Assembly: GCA_012518815.1 (NCBI GenBank)
Contig: JAAYRK010000082.1
Location: 2,465-66,464 of the forward strand
DNA: 64,000 nt
DNA from: Candidatus Epulonipiscium sp.
Lineage (GTDB): Bacteria > Bacillota > Clostridia > Lachnospirales > Defluviitaleaceae
Direction: 5' to 3'
Below are positions 54,982-64,000 of this stretch, one piece after another. Every line of letters starts with the position of its first letter. The first letter of the stretch is position 1. Under the pieces are notes generated by a model. The model saw only the letters and a program-made list of their open reading frames with translations, was not told the origin of the DNA and searched no databases. Both the position numbers and the translations under genes were made by a program.

Positions 54982-57750
54982 TTATTTTTTATTCCCTGTC
55001 ATTTTTCTTTTATGGGCTAGTAATGTTGATGTAGTAGTTTCGATTTCTTTAACTTCTTTTTTCTCTTTCTTAATTTTATTTTTTGATTTCTTTTCTTGCG
55101 GTTGAATCTTTTTCTCTAATTTTTCATTTTTCTTTTTATTAATTATAACTTTTTCAACATTTTTCTTTTTAAAGAAGCTAATTGATAAAATAATTAATTC
55201 TTCGATCTTATTATTAAGAACTCCTATCCTCCTAAATGCTATATCAAAAACAATTAATAAAAGTGCAAGGAAGAATAAAAATTCATCAATATCCCTTTCA
55301 CCATAGACAGATGATTCTATTTCTTCAAAAACCTCCTTAGGTTCAGTTAAAAGTCTGCCCTCTGATATTTGAGCAATTCTATTTAATAGTCCAGTATCTT
55401 GAGTAATTTTATTAATATCATATTCTGAAGAATAAGAAACATTTATTCCAGTATTTATGCTTTCTTCTTCTCCATTATTGTTCACTTGAATGTTTAAAAT
55501 ATATGCTCCTAAATTATTTCCTGGGAAAAGACCTGTATACTCTCCTGGTGCAGAAGCATTTAAATATATTTCATGTTCTGTCATATCAGGAGCTATAACA
55601 TTTACTTTAATTTCGGCTTCTGATTCCATATTAGGGATCCTTGCTTTTACTCTTATATTTTCCCCTTCTACCATTCCTTCAACCATTACATTATCACTCA
55701 TGGGCTTTCTAATTACCCAAGATACTGTATTTCTAAATACTTCTTGCCCTTCTGAAGAAAAAAGCCAGTCTAAACTCCATTGATTGTGCAAATCTGAAGT
55801 CCAAGCAGCAGTTCTTCCTAAACCATATCTCCACACTGCTAAAATTGGATCATCTTTATCACTGCTAAATATAACTTCCGCACGATTTTTAGGAGTTGTT
55901 GCAACATAACCATGTAAGGGTGGAAGAGTTTCTATTCCTTCGACGATAGGAGATAGTCTTGTTAATTTTGGATAAAATGTTTCATTATTTACATAGGTTT
56001 TTCCAGCCATCATTGTTTCTTTCATAAAAATCTTTGGCAAATCTGAAAACTCATCAGTATAATAATACCTTCCCCCACCTTGATTTGCTAATCTTTCTAA
56101 TAGATTTGTATCAGAGTGACGACCTACTGCTACTGTTGATAAGGTAATGCCTTGCTCATTCATTTGACTAATAAGACTATCATAGCCAGATCTTTCAGCT
56201 TGACCGTCAGTAAGTAAAATAATATGCTTTAGCTTGGTATCGGCATTACTAAGAATTTCATAAGCTTTATTAAGAGCAGGAATTATGCTTGTACCACCAC
56301 CTTCTGTTATCCCAGAAATACTTTCTTGTATCTTTTCTAAATTACCTTCAACCTCTTGCATTTCAACAATTATTATGGGCTTGTCATCAAAAGCTATCAC
56401 GCCTATTTTATCAAAAACATTCAAAACTTCCGTAGAACGAATAGCAGCTTCCTTAGCCAATGCAAGTTTTGAAACGCCATAAGGAGCTTCTGACATACTT
56501 CCTGACCTGTCTGTTACAAGCATAAGTCCCATGTCTGGAATATTACTCTTATCCTTTAATTCCATATCTACAGGAAGAACAGTTTCTAAGGGAGTATCAA
56601 AATAATTACCCAAGGCATAAGAGTTTTCTCCACCTGAAACAATTAAACCTCCTCCTGCATGCTTTACATAATACTCTAAATTATTTAAAAACCTTTCATC
56701 TAAGTCATCAGCAGAAATATTTGCTATAATAACTGCATCATATTGAGAAAGTAAATCTGCTTTTAAGGGAACCGTATTAGGATCTAGCCTATCTATCTTA
56801 AGTTTAGAATTCTTCAATATTTCCATTATTTCTGCACCGCTGTTATCTTGCTCTACTAATAGAACATGAGGTATATCTTCCACATAAGAGTAGCCATAGG
56901 CAACATTATTTTCAGAAATAGTATCCACTAAAGGCTCTATTTCCGCCTTATATATTCTTCCTCCACCTTCACTAGCAATATCAGAAAATACATATCGGTT
57001 TTTTCCCTTTCTTATTTGAACTTCCGTGCTTTCAACCAAATTATTTCCATTGTAAATTTTTAAAATACCCTTTGTATCTATTAAACTATCTATGTTTGCT
57101 TGAATAGTAAACTTTTGATTTTTATTTAAATACTTTGGAAGATTAAGTTCTGTCAATTGAACCTCTTCTTCAATTTGATTTATCAAAGGAAGAACATCTA
57201 TCTTTATACCCTGTCCAGCAAGTAATTTTGCTTGACTCATTGCATCACCAATATTTTCTTTTCCGTCAGTAATAAGTACAATACGCTTTTTTGACTCTTC
57301 AGGAATTAAGGTAGATGCTAATTTAAGTCCCTCCGAAATGTTTGTAGAATTGCTATTGACTATAGAAGAAAAGCCTGTAAAAACAGGCTCTGTACTTGGG
57401 CTGATTTCAACTGTGGCATTAGCTCCAAAAGCTACTATGGCTATTTCATCTTTATTATCTTTAAAATCTATAGATTTTCTTATAAAATCCTCCACCTCAT
57501 TTATAGAGGACTTGGAACTATCCGATAAATCTATCGCAAATATAGTAGTAGTCTTATCTATAGTTTTTTTAACTTGCAAGCCTGCCAAAGAAAAAACCAA
57601 AAGTATGACTATCAATGTCCTTAAAAACAAAAGAAAAGACTTCTTATAACTAGATAAAGTTAATTTTTTAGCTGTAAAAAATAAAAATATAACAAAAAGG
57701 GGAATTAAAAGTAAATAACCAATATTTATAAAATTAATTACCACGAACAA
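54982..57750 (-). CDS. Double-anchored membrane protein with two VWA domains and a glutaminase-like (DUF1355-type) C-terminal domain
   Basis: 922 aa with an N-terminal 2-TM hairpin and MIDAS motifs IDLSDSS and TDRSGSMS. GLGRTAAWTSDL resembles the DUF1355/GATase1-like family from memory. It ends in a C-terminal TM and a roughly 60-aa Lys-rich tail. Confidence 0.75.
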   Translation of the reverse strand: MFVVINFINIGYLLLIPLFVIFLFFTAKKLTLSSYKKSFLLFLRTLIVILLVFSLAGLQVKKTIDKTTTIFAIDLSDSSKSSINEVEDFIRKSIDFKDNKDEIAIVAFGANATVEISPSTEPVFTGFSSIVNSNSTNISEGLKLASTLIPEESKKRIVLITDGKENIGDAMSQAKLLAGQGIKIDVLPLINQIEEEVQLTELNLPKYLNKNQKFTIQANIDSLIDTKGILKIYNGNNLVESTEVQIRKGKNRYVFSDIASEGGGRIYKAEIEPLVDTISENNVAYGYSYVEDIPHVLLVEQDNSGAEIMEILKNSKLKIDRLDPNTVPLKADLLSQYDAVIIANISADDLDERFLNNLEYYVKHAGGGLIVSGGENSYALGNYFDTPLETVLPVDMELKDKSNIPDMGLMLVTDRSGSMSEAPYGVSKLALAKEAAIRSTEVLNVFDKIGVIAFDDKPIIIVEMQEVEGNLEKIQESISGITEGGGTSIIPALNKAYEILSNADTKLKHIILLTDGQAERSGYDSLISQMNEQGITLSTVAVGRHSDTNLLERLANQGGGRYYYTDEFSDLPKIFMKETMMAGKTYVNNETFYPKLTRLSPIVEGIETLPPLHGYVATTPKNRAEVIFSSDKDDPILAVWRYGLGRTAAWTSDLHNQWSLDWLFSSEGQEVFRNTVSWVIRKPMSDNVMVEGMVEGENIRVKARIPNMESEAEIKVNVIAPDMTEHEIYLNASAPGEYTGLFPGNNLGAYILNIQVNNNGEEESINTGINVSYSSEYDINKITQDTGLLNRIAQISEGRLLTEPKEVFEEIESSVYGERDIDEFLFFLALLLIVFDIAFRRIGVLNNKIEELIILSISFFKKKNVEKVIINKKKNEKLEKKIQPQEKKSKNKIKKEKKEVKEIETTTSTLLAHKRKMTGNKK

Positions 57751-59545
57751 ACACCCACCATTCTACCGCAATAAATAATAAAAGAATCATTAAAAAGATA
57801 TTTTTAAGGTTTTTATTTGTTTCTATCATAAGATCATTAGCTTGTGAGATTTCTTCAATGTTTTCTTCATTATCTACTGTATTATTACTATTAAAATCCC
57901 ATTCAACCACTGGGTTAACTGCAAAGTAATGAAAACTGTCAATTTTTTCACCTTTTTGTCTCAATGTATATATTCCTATTTCATTGGTATTATTATAAGG
58001 TTGAACTGGAAAAGGAGGTGCCAGCTTTTCAAATTCCCCTCCGGGCTTAACAATGCTAACTTCTTTTGATTCTGGTGATATTTGAAATTCAATTGTATCG
58101 CCGGCAGCAACCTTTTCTAAATTATGAATCTTTTCAGGTATAAACCATTTAATTGTATTATAAATAAAGATAGGAAATTCTGTTCTTAAAGGAAGGTCTG
58201 TTTGATGCAAATCAAAGCCACAAACAATAACCTTCTGTTCTCCTCGTTCGCCAGCAATGATTAAAGGCGTTTCTTCAGAGTTTAAAACTACCTGTCCCCA
58301 TGAAGGAGTTGACATTTTCTTAGTCACTGCTATATCAAACTTAATCTGGTCAATAAACTCCAATAATGCTCCTCCTGAAGAATAAATAGATGTTACTTCG
58401 ATATCATTTTCAACATTTATTAAAGGATTAGAAACAGGAGGATTAAATACTAATATATGTCCATCTTCAGGAATTGAATCAGGAATAAGTCCGTCAAATA
58501 TATAAAGATAATAACCTTGAAGGTTTTCAATATTGTCCAAATCTCCTTTGTATAATTCCACTTGGGGTAATAGAGAAAGTATTTGCTCTAGAAAAACATT
58601 TTGATTAGTTAACAATAATACCTTTTCCTTTGCATCTTCATAAACTACATCATACATAGTATTGTCAACTTCTAAAATATCCTCTACATCTATTTGTGCT
58701 TTTAAAATATTAACTTCTCTTGATATTCCAGTAAAAAATACATTTTTCTCTTCGTTGGCCTGCAATTGGACCCTTTTTATATCTATTAGTTTTTCATCAC
58801 CATATAAAGAAACTGTAAAATCATTCATTTGTGTCCCAAAATTTTTTACTCTAACTAAAGCTGCAATTTGCTTTTCCTCTTTTGAATGTGATAACAAAGT
58901 AATACCACAATTTTCATAGTTTTTTCCTATTTTTATTAAATTAGAATTTAAATCTGTAAATTTTATTTCTTTATCAGAAAATATATATATATTACTTTTA
59001 ACGTTTTCATAAATAGCCTTAACCAATGACTCAGTATTTTCTAAATCAATACCGCTATTTAACAGTTTTACATCCTCAATCCTTTTTATAACTGCATTAT
59101 TGTCCGTAGATTGATTGACTAAAATATAAGGCTCTTTTCCCATAACTACAACAGATATTTTAGCAGAAGGTTCCAGACTATTAATCATCTGATAGATTTT
59201 ATTCTTGGCTTCTTCAAACCTATTGGGGCTTTCATCCTTAGCCTGCATAGTTATTGATTGGTCAAGTACAATAATATAACTTCCCGATTTACTCATTCCT
59301 CCTGCAATATATGGATTTGCAAGGATTAAAACCAACAAGAAAGCAATAATTAATTGAAGGAATAGCAAAATATTTTTTCTAAGCTTTTGCCAAGGCTTAT
59401 AAGCCTCAGAATAACTCAAAGCTTTTTCCCATAAAAAAAGGCTTGGAACTTTTTTTTCTTCGTACTTTTGCTTTAATATGTACATTAATATTATTACAGG
59501 AATTGAGACAAGACCTAAAAAACCCCAAGGATTGTAAAAATTCAT
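57734..59545 (-). CDS. BatA-N (N-terminal double-TM) plus VWA-like protein with a C-terminal TM anchor
   Basis: 603 aa. The N-terminus FYNPWGFLGLVSIPVIILMYILK...LFLW is the aerotolerance BatA_N pattern. It has the MIDAS-like VLDQSIT and a C-terminal helix IFLMILLLFIAVEWWVF. It overlaps the next gene by 17 nt. Confidence 0.75.
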   Translation of the reverse strand: MNFYNPWGFLGLVSIPVIILMYILKQKYEEKKVPSLFLWEKALSYSEAYKPWQKLRKNILLFLQLIIAFLLVLILANPYIAGGMSKSGSYIIVLDQSITMQAKDESPNRFEEAKNKIYQMINSLEPSAKISVVVMGKEPYILVNQSTDNNAVIKRIEDVKLLNSGIDLENTESLVKAIYENVKSNIYIFSDKEIKFTDLNSNLIKIGKNYENCGITLLSHSKEEKQIAALVRVKNFGTQMNDFTVSLYGDEKLIDIKRVQLQANEEKNVFFTGISREVNILKAQIDVEDILEVDNTMYDVVYEDAKEKVLLLTNQNVFLEQILSLLPQVELYKGDLDNIENLQGYYLYIFDGLIPDSIPEDGHILVFNPPVSNPLINVENDIEVTSIYSSGGALLEFIDQIKFDIAVTKKMSTPSWGQVVLNSEETPLIIAGERGEQKVIVCGFDLHQTDLPLRTEFPIFIYNTIKWFIPEKIHNLEKVAAGDTIEFQISPESKEVSIVKPGGEFEKLAPPFPVQPYNNTNEIGIYTLRQKGEKIDSFHYFAVNPVVEWDFNSNNTVDNEENIEEISQANDLMIETNKNLKNIFLMILLLFIAVEWWVFVRGN

Positions 59546-59616
59546 AAGTACACCTCAATACTACATATTATAATTGTTCTATCAAAACTATGAAGTCTTA
59601 GTCGAGAAAACAAGCA

Positions 59617-59653
59617 TAAAAACTGCCAGAATATCATAAATCTTGACAGTTTT
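59617..59653 (-). terminator. Imperfect hairpin plus U-run after the coiled-coil gene (possible partial terminator)
   Basis: Minus strand reads AAAACUGUCAAGA...UCUGGCAGUUUUUAU. The stem has one mismatch and one bulge. Confidence 0.45.
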
Positions 59654-59667
59654 CTGCTTTGATATTT

Positions 59668-61215
59668 TTATTCTAAAGATGTAAAGTATTCTTCGATTAA
59701 GTTTTTTATTCCATAAGGAATATTATCATCTTCTAAAAAACTAATTGCTTCTTTCTTGTACTCTTGAAACACCTCTTGATAAGGAATAGACTCTCCTTTG
59801 CTACCAATGGTTTTTTCATCCTGTTGATGAATATGTCCCCCTTGATTTTTTTCTCCTTCTACTTGAGCTTCATACTCTGCCTTATCTGCTAGTTGTCTAG
59901 AATAAATATTTTCATTTTCTATATGACCTCTGCCACGTCCTTGACCACCGCCCTGACCTTGACCTTGGCCTCCTCCTTGTCCTTGTCCTTGACCTTCGCC
60001 CTGACCTTGACCTTGACCCTCTCCCTGACCTTGGCCCTCTCCCTGGCCTTGACCTTGGCCTTGGCCTTGATTGTCAGATTGTTCCTGACCTTTAGCAGCT
60101 TCTTTTTTAGCCTCTTCATTCATTAGCCTATTTATTTGCTCTATAGCTTCTCTTAACTCTTTGTTTTGAGATGCTAGATTGTCTAATTGTTCTGACAGTT
60201 GCTTATAACTTCCTTGCAATTCTGTCAGATTTCCACTAGTTATCGCCTCTTGATAACTCATAAGGCTATCCCTAAGCTGAGAATCTTCTTCAAGTGCCAA
60301 GGCAGCTTCTTTAAAAGCATTAGCAAGTTCATTTAATTGATCCTCATCCATATTTTCAAGTTCTTTATTTAAAGCATCAAGACTTCTTTTTATTTCTGAT
60401 AAATCTCCTTTTTGTAATTGGTCTCCTAATTCTCTTGTTAACTCATGTTGAGATAAGCTTTCCCCAACCTTTTTTAAATCTCTTTGAACTGAATCTTTAG
60501 ATATCTTTTTAAGCTCCTGCTGTGTTTTCTGACGGGCTCTTAAAATATCTCCTTCATTTTTTGATTTTTTTAAGTTTTTCTTTAATTCTTCTAATTCTTT
60601 CTTTATTTTCTTTACTTGTTCCTCTGTCAATTCTTTATTATCTTGAGTTTCCTTTTGTACCTTCTCAATTTCCTTTATTTCTTCTTCAATATTTTCTCTT
60701 AACTGAATCTGATAATCTAACTTTTCCTTTAGGGGACTAGGAGCAAAACCTACAATCATTGTCCCAATCAGCATTATCCCTATAATCTTAACTTTTTCCT
60801 TAGGAAAATATATAATATATTCCTTCTTAAAGTCTGCTTTTTTAGCCTTATTAATTGCATCTTCAACTACTAATTTTTCGAAGGAATTTAAATTTTTATC
60901 CTTATCATTAAGAATTTCAAAAGCAGTTAAAAAGCGTTCTTTATAGCCCAATGAATCACCCTTATCAACCAGGTTTTTCATATTAGGTAATCTTAAGACA
61001 AGGATAAAGGAAGCTATAAGCAAAGAAGCTATAAAAATACTAGTAACTTTTATAAAAATATTAGAAATCAAGGTAAATTTTGATAATAGTATAAGCCCGA
61101 TAGTTAATCCAAAGGCAATTATTACACTTATCAATATGAAATTAATCCACTTTTCAAGGATAATTTTACTTTTTAAAGGTTTAAGAGCCTTATATAACTC
61201 TTTCAAATTCATCAC
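59668..61215 (-). CDS. 3-TM membrane protein with a long coiled coil and a (GQ)n low-complexity block
   Basis: 515 aa with three TM helices in the first 155 aa, then a heptad-rich E/K/L/Q segment, then QGQGQGQGQGEGQGQGEGQGQGQGEGQGQGQGGGQGQGQGGGQGRGRG. ATGA overlap with the upstream permease gene. Confidence 0.7.
   Translation of the reverse strand: MMNLKELYKALKPLKSKIILEKWINFILISVIIAFGLTIGLILLSKFTLISNIFIKVTSIFIASLLIASFILVLRLPNMKNLVDKGDSLGYKERFLTAFEILNDKDKNLNSFEKLVVEDAINKAKKADFKKEYIIYFPKEKVKIIGIMLIGTMIVGFAPSPLKEKLDYQIQLRENIEEEIKEIEKVQKETQDNKELTEEQVKKIKKELEELKKNLKKSKNEGDILRARQKTQQELKKISKDSVQRDLKKVGESLSQHELTRELGDQLQKGDLSEIKRSLDALNKELENMDEDQLNELANAFKEAALALEEDSQLRDSLMSYQEAITSGNLTELQGSYKQLSEQLDNLASQNKELREAIEQINRLMNEEAKKEAAKGQEQSDNQGQGQGQGQGEGQGQGEGQGQGQGEGQGQGQGGGQGQGQGGGQGRGRGHIENENIYSRQLADKAEYEAQVEGEKNQGGHIHQQDEKTIGSKGESIPYQEVFQEYKKEAISFLEDDNIPYGIKNLIEEYFTSLE
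59926..60069 (-). repeat. In-frame hexanucleotide tandem repeat (CCYTGR)n encoding (GQ/GE)n
   Basis: About 24 consecutive units of ccttga/ccttgg/ccctga on the plus strand form a local GC-rich island. It generates spurious ORFs on both strands in the track. Confidence 0.9.
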
Positions 61216-62069
61216 CTATTCTTTCCTGCTAAAGGACGAATTCTAATGACACTTAATAAAATCATAATAATACTAACTACAGAATTAAATACTAAATTAA
61301 ACTGCCATAATTCAATTTTAACATTGTTGGGATTGTTATAAACATTAAGCAAATAATTTATTATATCAGCACCTACCTGATTTTGAATAATAGAAATAAA
61401 GCCTAGAAAGGGATTTCCACCAACAAGAATTATGGATTGTAAATATGTCAATCCATTTTGTCCTGTCATATAAGAATACTCTTGCATGATAAAATATACA
61501 ACAAGAGTTCCTATAGAAAAAATCAAAATAAACAAATAGCTAACAACTGTCGCAACAGTAGTCTTCTTAAAATAAGTAGAACAAAATATTCCTATACTAC
61601 CTAGCATAATTGATATTACGGCATAATATAAAAACAACAACAAAATGTTGATTAAAGATACTCCTCCAAAAATAAATATTACACTAAAAATAGGGATAGA
61701 AGCAAATATTAATAACATAATTTGACTAATAGAAGCTATAAGTTTCCCCATAATAATTGAAAAAGAAGAAACCCTTGTAATTAGCAAGAGATCTAGAGTT
61801 TGTCTTTCTCTTTCTCCACTTATGGTTCCTGCAGTTAATGCAGGTATCAATAATATAATTAGTCCCATCTGACATCCCGCTAGAAGTGCATATACTGTTA
61901 ATACATCTTGGGGGTCAAACGAATTATCATATGAACGATATAACGTTGCTAATAAGATTAATGAACCAAAACCTGCTAGTATAGTTAGATAAACTAATAA
62001 TAAAACAGGAGCTTTCCAAGTTCTAAGTTTTGTTTTTAACTCAAGACGAAGTACGGGATTTATCATCAT
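61212..62069 (-). CDS. ABC-2 type transporter permease
   Basis: 285 aa with six predicted TM helices. It follows the ATPase gene with a 1-nt gap. Confidence 0.8.
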   Translation of the reverse strand: MMINPVLRLELKTKLRTWKAPVLLLVYLTILAGFGSLILLATLYRSYDNSFDPQDVLTVYALLAGCQMGLIILLIPALTAGTISGERERQTLDLLLITRVSSFSIIMGKLIASISQIMLLIFASIPIFSVIFIFGGVSLINILLLFLYYAVISIMLGSIGIFCSTYFKKTTVATVVSYLFILIFSIGTLVVYFIMQEYSYMTGQNGLTYLQSIILVGGNPFLGFISIIQNQVGADIINYLLNVYNNPNNVKIELWQFNLVFNSVVSIIMILLSVIRIRPLAGKNR

Positions 62070-62070
62070 A

Positions 62071-62994
62071 TTACTCCCCTCCTTTAGTTATTTTCATAAA
62101 GATATCTTCTAAATTACCTTCTTTTTCATAGAAGGAAACGATAGGTATTTCTTTTCCCATTATTTGTTTTAGAAGAAGTGCAAGTCTATTGTCGTCTCCT
62201 TCAAAATCAAATTCAACTTCATCAGTTTTTTCAAAGATATCATGAATATCTGGCTGTTCTTTAAGGATTGTTATTAGTTCTTCCATTTTGTCTAATAATC
62301 TTATTTTTATCACTCTTTTTTGGGTCAGCTTCTGCATAATTTGGTTAACAGAACCGTGAGCAACTATCTGCCCATTTTCAATAATTCCAATAACTGTACA
62401 CAGCTCTGCTAATTCAGGAAGAATATGAGAGCTGATGATTATTGTTTTTCCTAAGTTTTTTAGCTGTTTTAATACTTCTTTCATCTCTACCCTTGCTCTT
62501 GGATCTAAGCCTGAAGCTGGCTCATCCAAAATAAGAATATCGGGATTATGAATCAAACTTCGGGCAAGGCATAATCTTTGCTTCATTCCTCTTGACAGAC
62601 TATCTACATAAGCATCTTTCTTATAAGACAAATCAACAAGCTCCAACAAATTATTTATTATTGTAGGTCTTTCTTTATAAGGTATTTTATACATGCCTGC
62701 ATAAAAGTCCATATATTCATCAACTTTTAAGTTGTCATAAACTCCAAAGAAATCTGGCATATATCCTATCTTTTCGCGAAGTTTAGAAGGATGTGCAGTT
62801 GCATCAATACCATTTATAAATACCTTTCCAGAACTTGTTTTTAATAAGCCAGCCACAATCTTCATTGTTGTTGTTTTGCCAGCTCCATTAGGTCCTACAA
62901 AGCCAAATATCTCTCCTTCATTAATAGAAAGGGATAAATTATTAACAGCAGTAAACTTGCCATATCTTTTTACTAAATTCTTTATTTCCAGCAT
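62071..62994 (-). CDS. ABC transporter ATP-binding protein
   Basis: 307 aa with Walker A GPNGAGKTT, the signature LSRGMKQRL, Walker B ILILDEP and an H-loop SSH. Confidence 0.93.
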   Translation of the reverse strand: MLEIKNLVKRYGKFTAVNNLSLSINEGEIFGFVGPNGAGKTTTMKIVAGLLKTSSGKVFINGIDATAHPSKLREKIGYMPDFFGVYDNLKVDEYMDFYAGMYKIPYKERPTIINNLLELVDLSYKKDAYVDSLSRGMKQRLCLARSLIHNPDILILDEPASGLDPRARVEMKEVLKQLKNLGKTIIISSHILPELAELCTVIGIIENGQIVAHGSVNQIMQKLTQKRVIKIRLLDKMEELITILKEQPDIHDIFEKTDEVEFDFEGDDNRLALLLKQIMGKEIPIVSFYEKEGNLEDIFMKITKGGE

Positions 62995-62995
62995 A

Positions 62996-64000
62996 TTATT
63001 TATCTCCTTTCAAACGTAAATATGGGATTTGGATGCCGGCATCCTGACCATTATCTATTGTAATTTTAAATCTTATTTTCATTGTTCCTTCATCATTTAA
63101 ATAATCATTAGTATTATGAGAATAAGCCAAAGGACTTAATTCTTCCCACTCTCCTTTTGCATTATTATATATTAATGCCTCTTCAATACTATTAATCTTT
63201 GTAAATTGTATTTGAAACTCTAAAATATTAATATCTTTAGGTAGAATATAATTAAAGTCTAAATCTCCACTATTATGAATCCATATTGAATCATCATAGG
63301 AATCAAAATAATAACCTGCATTACTTACGATATTGGGTCTTAAAAAACCATATGGGATTTCAAAATAATTAGTATTTTCGTAGTCTAATTTTAAAGGTAT
63401 AATAAATAAATTCTGTTTATAATGTTCTACTAATTTATCATTAATCTTTACACCTTCTAAAAACTCTTCTTCATTAAAGCCATAAAGAACAATATAATTA
63501 TCACCAAAAGAAGCTTGAGTATTGTTGTTCACAGAATATGACATAGAATTATACATAGTATCAAGATAGCCCTCATAAATATTTCTTCTTTGTATAATTC
63601 TTTGTAAATCTTCAGCTTTTATATCTTTTCCCCACTTTTCTTCCATATCCTTTTTATCATAGCTTTTTCCAAATATATCATCAAAAATTTCATATCTACT
63701 TTTAAAACTGCTAGCAAGCTCTTTTTCAATATCAATAGTTTCATTGTTTTTAATTCTATCAATGTAATAATAATTTTTCCCAACGACAAGAATACAGCTT
63801 TCAAGATCAAAACCAAGATTGTTTTCAATAGTTCCAACTAATTTATTATCTTTTAGAGTAATAGAAGAATTAAGGGGACCTGATGTATTATAAATAGTTT
63901 TACCGGAAATATTATTCATTTCCCAACTTTGACTATTATAAAATGTAAATTTATTTTTTTCCCCCATATTTATCTTAACTTTAACTCTTTCATTAAGTGT
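62996..64000 (-). CDS. Hypothetical protein, no recognisable family; the reading frame stays open to the right window edge
   Basis: The track gives 62996-63967 from an internal Met. The 33 nt upstream (TLNERVKVKIN) contain no stop, so the gene may start beyond 64000. It has a beta-rich N/Y/D composition and no TM helix. Confidence 0.55.
   Translation of the reverse strand, partial: TLNERVKVKINMGEKNKFTFYNSQSWEMNNISGKTIYNTSGPLNSSITLKDNKLVGTIENNLGFDLESCILVVGKNYYYIDRIKNNETIDIEKELASSFKSRYEIFDDIFGKSYDKKDMEEKWGKDIKAEDLQRIIQRRNIYEGYLDTMYNSMSYSVNNNTQASFGDNYIVLYGFNEEEFLEGVKINDKLVEHYKQNLFIIPLKLDYENTNYFEIPYGFLRPNIVSNAGYYFDSYDDSIWIHNSGDLDFNYILPKDINILEFQIQFTKINSIEEALIYNNAKGEWEELSPLAYSHNTNDYLNDEGTMKIRFKITIDNGQDAGIQIPYLRLKGDK

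Noticed and set aside
59893-60126. 77-aa plus-strand ORF and 66-aa minus-strand ORF (59919-60119) over the GC-rich block.
   Set aside because: Both are artefacts of the hexanucleotide repeat, which is stop-free in several frames. The 515-aa frame is continuous with flanking non-repeat coding sequence.
1-64000. Mobile elements, prophage, defence islands, tRNA or rRNA genes.
   Set aside because: I saw no integrase, transposase, recombinase or phage structural genes. I also saw no terminal inverted repeats and no tRNA-like or rRNA-like sequence in any intergenic gap. Every gap over 100 nt was read on both strands.

Overview
This is an AT-rich, very gene-dense chromosomal segment. About 60 of roughly 66 genes lie on the minus strand. 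It looks like a spore-forming anaerobic Firmicute of the Clostridia type, because cotJABC, yqfC/yqfD and an electron-bifurcating [FeFe]-hydrogenase are all present. (1) 1-22.3 kb holds the conserved Firmicute block rpsU - yqfC - yqfD - phoH - pgpH(yqfF) - ybeY - cdd - era - yqzL - recO - glyQS (with T-box) - yqxD - dnaG - sigA - trmK - nif3, interrupted by ppdK, mgtE, a DUF502 gene and a plus-strand cotJABC operon. (2) 22.3-30.7 kb holds a CapA-like lipoprotein, alaS co-transcribed with a VanY-type peptidase, an M14 peptidase and a DUF1015 gene. (3) 30.7-38.6 kb holds a HydABC/Hnd-type bifurcating hydrogenase preceded by a five-gene putative H2/redox-sensing cassette (DRTGG, RsbW-like kinase, degenerate sensory hydrogenase, DRTGG, PHP). 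(4) 38.7-53.6 kb holds an AlbA_2/COG2865 protein, an orphan OmpR-type regulator, pspA, mutS2, cell-wall hydrolases, trmL, cheX, a Fur-family gene, a GGDEF-AsnC-aminotransferase operon, an AIR-synthase-like gene and a DUF2225 gene. (5) 53.8-64 kb holds the least explained part: a SHOCT/DUF4097 (LiaX/YvlB-like) gene, then two double-anchored VWA (BatA-type) proteins, a 3-TM coiled-coil protein with a (GQ)n repeat, an ABC-2 exporter and an unknown protein open at the window edge. I saw no rRNA, tRNA, CRISPR array, transposase, integrase or prophage genes. Three real genes under 60 aa are missing from the ORF track: rpsU, yqzL and a 53-aa membrane protein. All family assignments come from reading motifs by eye. 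No database search was run.
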